A stretch of DNA of 64,000 nucleotides, taken from the NCBI GenBank assembly GCA_951406725.2, contig OX597827.1, positions 61,814,001 through 61,878,000 of the forward strand. The letters are read 5' to 3'. The DNA is from Octopus vulgaris. Its lineage: Eukaryota. The position numbers and the translations under genes were made by a program. Of this stretch, positions 49,201 to 57,949 are shown one piece after another (position 1 is the stretch's first letter; each line of letters begins with the position of its first letter). Under the pieces are notes generated by a model. That model worked only from the letters and a program-made list of their open reading frames with translations. It ran no database searches and was not told the origin of the DNA.

Positions 49201-52200
49201 TAATTGTATTCTTTGCTCCAGTGAAATTTGGAACTGGTTGGGTTGAAAGTATGGAGTCTTGTATTGATCCAGACTTAGAATTTCATTTTGACTCTCAGAA
49301 CCTGTGATGTATATTTACTTCATGTGTTATGTATGGGTTGCATGGGTTTGTAAATTTGTGCCATATCCCCTCTACTTACTTGTACATGTGGTGGCATTCA
49401 CCTGGGGTGGATTGAGCTGACTCTAGCCAATGAGTGTTCATGGGGAAACAAGTTCACATATGATCCCTGGCCACATGCACACACACACACACAGAGACAC
49501 ACATATCATCATCATCACCATCATACTCACCCTTTTGTGTCTAATTTCCATCACCCTCTGAGTTGCTATTGCTTATAAGGTCTAGGTGCTCCTTTAGCTT
49601 GATGTCTATGGTTGGGTTCCCTTCCTTATTGACAACCACTTTACAAAGTGTAACCTGGTGCATTTTCTTATGGCAGCAACATTTCAGGGACCTCCTAATT
49701 TATACTTATTTGTACTTGCAATGGCATTCACCCAGGGTGGGTTGAGCCAACTCAAGCCAACGTCATGTTTGGAATTTCCAGTGGGGAAACAAGTTCACAT
49801 GTGGTCCCTGACCACATGCATACACATTTTGGGATAGTGTAATCCGTAGCAGCTCATCTTGCCGTCGGTTGTTGGAGATGATTTACTGACCAAGTCACTA
49901 CTGATTATCAGAGCAGACATAACCTGGGTTTGAAGTTGGTTCTAGAGACGTGCTTTAACAAAAGCTAAGGAGTGCCTCACTCCCTCTGGTCTTCCAGCAT
50001 GTCAGACACCAATCTGGAATTTCTGAGAGCCCATGCATGCTATTGCTAAATAGTCATCGAACCTACACTAAGTTCATCCACCCTTTTGACAGGTCTTGTT
50101 TTTTAGTCCTGCTGGGTTTCTAACAACCCTCTTCACCGGGCAAGCTTGGATGTTTGGGGGCATTTTAGTTGCTGTCAACTTGACTGTCCAACATGTTTTA
50201 CTGGAATCCGTGTTACCAGTGGCACTCGTGAGAGACCTCACAACTGACCTGACACATGCTGTTGAGTCAGAAATGTTGATGGAGAACTTTTGTTGCTGGT
50301 TTTATTGTTTGCTATAAACAATATCCCTTCTCCTTCTCATACAGTGTAGTCTTTTCATCAACTTGCACCCTCTGACTGAATATGTACTTAAGGGCATTGA
50401 AGATGATAATGATGATAATGATTGTGATATAGGAAATACAAGCCTCACAAAAAAAAAAAAAATCCTTTAGCGTTTAAATCGCCCATATCTGGTCAAAATA
50501 TTTTACAAGTTTTGTGTTCAAACTGACCAGATCTGGCCTCTCACACTAACCCTACAATATCATTCTAAAAATTAGCAGTTACCTCATCAAAATCTCAAAG
50601 CTACAAAATAATATACGCTTAATCCAAAACTACGTGAATAAACAGAGTGTGAATGCTAAAAGGTTAAACCAGCCATTTCTGGCCCAGATATTCTGCTTCT
50701 TTGATGTTCAAACTGACCAGATCCAACCTCTCACACCTACCCCACAATGTTGTTCTAAATAATAAGTGCATCATTGAAATCTTGAAGCTACAAGATAATG
50801 CAGTTCAAAACAATGTGAATAAATAAGTATTACATTCAACAGAATAATTTGAATGCTAAAGGCTTAAATGTATTTTATGCATCTTTTTCTTTATTACTGA
50901 ATCTTTTTGTTACCATATTTCTTTTGAAATAGCCTGGCTTTGTTTCATTTGATTTTAAAAATAAAGAAGATAGTGAAATAATTTTGTCCTTATTAAACTG
51001 GTATTTGGGACATAAATTAAAATGAAATTTTGAAGAGAGGTTTTAAGTTTAAATCACTTCAAAACAGGAAGTTTCTATCATAATACCAGGGGCCGTCTGA
51101 AGCGGGTCAATATCAAAAGGGTTAATTTCAAATTTAAACTTCTAATCCTGCCTGGTGGTATGATGTAACGATTATCTCCTTTGTGTTAACTTGCCTACTA
51201 GAGGACACCACATGTTTGATGCACACACACACACATGTATTGAATTTAATTAAGAAGGTTTGGTATGTGTGATGGTGATGGTGGTGGTGATGATGATGAT
51301 GGGATCATAATGAATGAACTAAGATGTGCATGTGTATTTGTATTAAAACCAGTATGTGTATGTAACAATATATGTATGCACTTGCACAAATATATGTATA
51401 TATGCATACAGACATCCTGTTTACACAAATAAATACAACTAGACACACATGGAATACCGTAAATCCTTGAGTATAATCCGCATTTTATTCCCAAAATTTA
51501 AAGGTCAAAATCCCTAGTGCATACTATATACGAGGTTAAGAATGAAAAATATCTTCTAAGCAATGTCCAAGTCTCTATTTGCTGTCTGGCTATGTTTATT
51601 CAGACGCATTTTGTGATGTCGGGCGCGAAAATACCTTAAGCTAAGCCTGAAAGCAATGAAGTCATAAAAGAATCATCCATAACTTGCAGTACGCAACATT
51701 TATTAAAATAAAAATATTCATAACACAGAATAACATGTAACAAAAACAATTTGCAAACATATTTACATTCCCATATAACAGTTAAGAACATCACCATTAT
51801 TGTATTACGCATACGTGGAAGTGTTTGTTCGACTAGGTGCTGCTGGATTAATTACACATGACTCAAGTTAGAGAAGGGGTGCGTATTATACACAAGGTTT
51901 ATGTTTTTCAGAAGTACAGCCCCCCCCAAAATGCCCTGCATATTATATTCAAGGGCAGACTATACGTAAGGATTTATGGTATATACGAAATAAACATACT
52001 GACACAAAACTATGTGAATTTGAAGATAATTTATCTGATGTATTATATCTACATACCTGTCTGTCTCTCTGCATGCATGCATACATGGTTTTGTGGTGAA
52101 AAAGCATGTTCCCCAGCCATGTAGTCTCCTTCAATTGAGTCCTGTTGCACAATACTTTGAGAAATTTCTCTTGTATTGTAGCTATTGGCAGACCAAAGCC

Positions 52201-54636
52201 CTGCGAGTGTATTTGGTTGACAGAAACTGAAAGAAGCCCATCATTTTTTTTTTTGTTCTTTTATTCTTTTACTTGTTTCAGTTATTAGACTGCAGCCATG
52301 CTGGAGCACTGCCTTATAGAATTCTACTTGAATGAATTAACCCCAGTATAATTTTTTTAAAAATAATTTTTTAAAGCTTGGTACTTATTCTATCGATCTC
52401 TGTTGCCAAACTGCTAAGTTATAGGGATGTAAACACACCTGTACCAGTTGTCAAGTGGTAGGGGGGGCATACACACACACACACACAAACACACCCTCAT
52501 GTACATACAAAAATACACATACATACATGTGTGTGTGTGTGTGTATACAAGGGGCTTCTTTCAGTTACCATCTACCAAATCCACTCACAAGGCTTTGGTT
52601 GGTCTAAAGTTATAGTAGAAGACACTTTACCCACAGTGCCACACTGGGACTGAACCCAGAACCATGTGGTTGGGAAGCAAGCTTCTAACCACACAGTCAC
52701 ATCTGCACCTATAAAAGAACATTTGACATTTATGTATGTGTGTGTGTGTTTGTACCCTGCGCTCGATATCATATAATGGTTATAAATGAACAACTTTGTC
52801 ACTCAAGTGATGTTGTTCATTTCCAGTCTTCCATGGAAAAACATGTCTGGCCATGAGGAAATATTACCTTGCTTGGAAACAGGTGAAGGTTGATGACGGG
52901 AAGAGCATCTGGCTCAAAGAAAATCTGCCTCAATGAATTGTAACTTGCTCGTGGAAGCATGAAAAAGTGGATGTTTGATGACGATGATGATATATATAGT
53001 ATGTGTGTGTGTGTGTGTGTTCGCACGCTGGTTTCTCTCTTTGCTTGGTTTTTGAAAAAGCAAAAACAATTTTTAATTTTTAATTTTTCAGTTTCAAAAT
53101 CTCATTGAGATTAATAATAGTTTAATGCAGCGTTTCTCAGCATATTTTTGTCCTACATCTCTCTTAGAGCTTCCAAAGTGTGTGCCTCCACCATGTACAG
53201 ACAAAGTAGGATATGGCGCTGGTGACAAGTAAAAGGCACCCTCTGCACTCTCGGAGTGGTTGGTATTAGGAAAGGCATCCAGCCAAAGAAGCCAAACCAA
53301 ACTGAAGCTTAGTACATCTTACCTGTTCTAGTTAGACTTAACCCATGCTAGCATCAAAAACAGACACTAAATGATGATGATTGTATACACACACACACAC
53401 ACACATTATGTGAAGGTGCATGGCCTAGAGGTTAGGGTGTCGCACTCACAATGACTAGATTGTGGGTTTCCCAATTCAACCTTACAATGTCATTCTGACA
53501 TTGAAATTTTGAAGCTTCGAAATAATGCTTAATTAACTGCAAACAATGTGAATTTATAAGTATCACATTTGAATAATCTGAATGTCAAAAGGTTATCATG
53601 GCTATTATTAGGACTGTGTGAGTGAGAGAAAGAGATGGTGGTGTGAATTCAAGTGATTTAATTGCAAGCAGTATTTACTCCTGTTCTTCTTAAAACTAAT
53701 GTTTCTTGACAGTTGATCTAACAGATAAATATGATATGCATGAGCAAAACATAGAATTCTGGATCAAATGGTCACATGTAGGTTGCTTCATTGGGTGTCT
53801 ATGATATATGATTGGAATGAAGTAGAGATTGGATATCTAATCTGTTATCAAGTCGGTCAAATGTGTGGGTGGTGCAGGCATAGCTGTGCGGGGTGAAGAG
53901 GTTTGCTTTTGCAACTGTGCAGTTCTGGGTTCAATCCCACTGCAATGTCACACATACAAGTGGTGCCTTGCTTTGAAACTGAGGGTTGGCGACAGGAAAG
54001 GCATCCGGCAAACATAGAAAGGTAGACATTGGAATGATGATGATGATATGTGTACATGTGAATGTTTCCTGCTGTAGCTTTTGCCTGGCCAATGTTTTGT
54101 GAGTGGAATTTGATAGACAGAAACTATTCACAAGTCTGTTTTGTGTGTGTGTTGTGTGTCTTAGTGAATATTAAACTTGTTCTTGTGTTAAACCATAAAG
54201 AACCCCATGTGCATAAAGTTGCAGGTGTGGACAGGCGTTGTTGTCGCTGTGTGGTTAAGAAGCTTGTTTTCCAATGATTTGGTTCCGGGTTCAGTCCTAC
54301 TGTGTTGCACCTTGGGCATGTGTCTTCTACTATAGCCCTGGGCTAACCAACATTTTGTGAGCTGTTATGGTAGACTGAAACTGAAAGAAGCCTGTACATG
54401 TGTGTGTGTGTGTCTCATTGTCTTGACATGTGATTATTGCAGACAAGTGTCACCATCATACAAGTGGTGCCTTACTTTGAAACCGGTGAGGGTTGATGAC
54501 AGGAAAGGCATCTGGCTTGCAAACTTAGAATGGTAGAAATTAAAATGGTGATATGTGCACATATATGCATATGTATATAGATATGTATGAATATATGTAA
54601 TGTCTGTGTGTGCGTGTGTGTACATACATACATATA

Positions 54637-54679
<43 letters not shown>

Positions 54680-54788
54680 ATATATATATATATATAATGG
54701 AGTGAATATTCAAATGAATAGTCATAAAGATCTTATCAGTGACAAATCTAAATAATTGATAGCAACAGTAACATTAATAGCAGTAAGC

Positions 54789-54827
<39 letters not shown>

Positions 54828-56414
54828 TGTTTGAATTAGTAAGGGTCTTATTTTCTTTTAATATTTAAGCAAAAAATTTATATTTATTTTCTTCCCATAC
54901 TTTGTGGATTTCTCCAATTTAGGAAAAAATCTGAGAGAAATCAACGCGAAAAGAATTGTGTATTAACGGATGAGAGTCATTCCCCTGAACCTACTGAATC
55001 ACAAGAATTCCAACCAGCTAAGGACGGAAGTGCCAAAGCATCTGCTGGTACTACTCAGAGTACTGAACAGCAAGAGTTCCAGTCTTCTGATGACAGGAGG
55101 TGAGGCCATATGTCAGCTTTTGTAATTAAGTCACTACCTAGAATCTTCTACATAGAGCTAGAATTGTTTCTTAGAAGGGAGTGAGAAAGTGTATCACATT
55201 TCTGTGTCCGGTCTCTTTTTTAATGGTTACTTTCCCTTAGCCTTGTTATGTCTGCCTGCCACTCTCTGTCTTTTTCTGATTCTGTCTCTGTCTATCTGTC
55301 TCTTCCTTCCTCCCAAGATCAGGGTGTCTATCCAGGGATCAGTTGTGTTATTAATAATATATTTCTGCTCTACTTTTATATTTTCCACATTTTTTTTAAT
55401 ACAAGATATTGATTGCCCAAAATAGTTTTCAAATGTTAAAGTTTAGTACACATTCTGTTTGCAACATTAAAGTTTCCAAATCCATTTTTTGTTCTTCATA
55501 GTGTTATCTTCAGGTCGAAGCTATTTTGGTGTGTAATTTTTACTGTTAGGTTTATGTTATCATGAGTTTATTCTTGTTTTTGGTTTATGCAGTTGGATTG
55601 AACCCAAGACCATGTGGTTGTGAAATAAACTTCTTAACCACATAGCCATACCATATCTTTGTTGATTTCTGTTTTTCCTCCTATTTTCTAGTTCAGCACC
55701 TGTGTGTTTCGTTTGTATATGTAAACATTTGAGCTTAGTGATGTCAAAATCATGATATTTGGTCAACTGCAAATGAGTAGGTGAACTTGTTTGCATCCAT
55801 TGTGTGTGTCTATGTCTCCCTCTGCTACATTTTCAATTTTTTTTTCATCTTTTCATAGTTGTGCATATATGACCTCCTCCCCTCATACACTTAATTTTCT
55901 GTTGAGCAATTTGTTTAGAAAGCAGGTACATTCATTACATTTTTCTATGCTCTATGATTTGAAACTTACCATATTTTAAATAATAATAATGAAATTATTG
56001 TGAATAGTGCTCAGGTGCACTACAAGTTATCAAAGGAGCATGTAAGGTACATAGAATTATATACAAAAGTCAGGAAAGTGAACAGTGTATGAGTCATAAC
56101 ATACATGTGTGCATGCGTGTGGAGGGGGTAGATATCAGCTTTTGTGTTGGCAAATTTCAGGAACCAGGGAGGTTTTAATTTTCTGGCAGAGAAATTAATG
56201 TATACTGTGTAAGCATTTAAACATTGTCACTATCTTTCCAAATCCTTCTGTATTTCACGTGGAATTTTTGGTCTTCCAATGTCATCATGGTGTATAAGTT
56301 GAATTATATTTTCAGTCTGTAAAATTTGTCTGAAGAATTTTGACTGGTATGCTTGAAAGTACAGAACATGTAGCCATACATAGTCATCTTCAAAACTTTA
56401 CTTCATTTTGTATC

Positions 56415-56490
<76 letters not shown>

Positions 56491-57642
56491 TGTGTGTGTA
56501 TGTATGTGTTTAATATATATATATATATAGCAATAAGAAAATGGAGGAGAACAATAGGTGGTTCATCAACTTTTAGACATTATATTATGTTAACTTATTT
56601 ATTTAGTTGCTAAACTGATAATTACAATAATATACATAGATATAACATAGTATTCTTTACATATAAGTTTTAAGATATAAAATATAGTAATATATAAGGA
56701 TACTAGTAATTATTATAAAAAACATGAATATAAATTGGGAAAATAACTTACAGCTGTTTCAGCCAATAGATAAAAATACCTCATTCTACCTTTATTACTC
56801 AAGTGGATTGAAGTATTAGGTAGATGAACATGAGGTACTTGTATATATCTCTAGGCTTCATCAGAGATTATAAAGTACATAATGTTAAGTTATAATAAAT
56901 ATAAAATAAATAAAATACACACATTTGAATACTTATATATATATATATATATTTTTATATAGATATAAATATACATACATATATAGATATACATAAATAC
57001 TGATATCTATACTGAAATATACGTACATATCTACATCCATAAGCATATATAATATTCAGTTATTAATAATATTAGATGCATTCTGTTATTCACAATAATA
57101 TTTTTATTAATATTTAGCAGAAGCAACAGATTGACTCAAAGTGCATTGGTACAAGTGCCAATGTATAGAACTCTTGGCCCTTGAGTCATTTTGTTACTTG
57201 AGCTAAATATTAATAAAAACATACACATACTCATGTTTTGAGTTCTATTTTTGCTGTTTGCATCACCATACCTCTGTGTATGTGTATATATATATATATA
57301 AAATGTGTGTGTAATTGGTAATTTCTGGTTCATCGAAGTTTGTTTTTTCCTCTTCAGATTTAAATATCTTTTTCCGAATAAAGTGAAAGAAGAAAAAGAA
57401 GACAAAAGTTGTGAGTATTTGCATCTTTTCTCATCTCCTTGTTACTCGCTATTGGTTCTGTTAGTCTTTTATTTTGGAATGTTTAACATCTCCATCCAGG
57501 TATTGGAGGTGTTCAATGAAGCCCATTCTGTTGTAACTATTCAGACCCTTATCTGTGCTTGAGATTAAGATCTTCTCCCTTTATCTTACTAATTATGAAA
57601 GCCCTGTATCAAGGTAGGGCAAGATTCTGCCTCTCCTTTGAC

Positions 57643-57707
<65 letters not shown>

Positions 57708-57883
57708 GTATATGTATATATATATGTATATGTATATATATATGTATATATATATGTATATGTATATATATATGTATATATATATGTATATGTATATATA
57801 TATGTATATATATATATATGTATATGTATATATATATGTATATGTATATATATATGTATATGTATATATATATATATGTGTAT

Positions 57884-57949
<66 letters not shown>

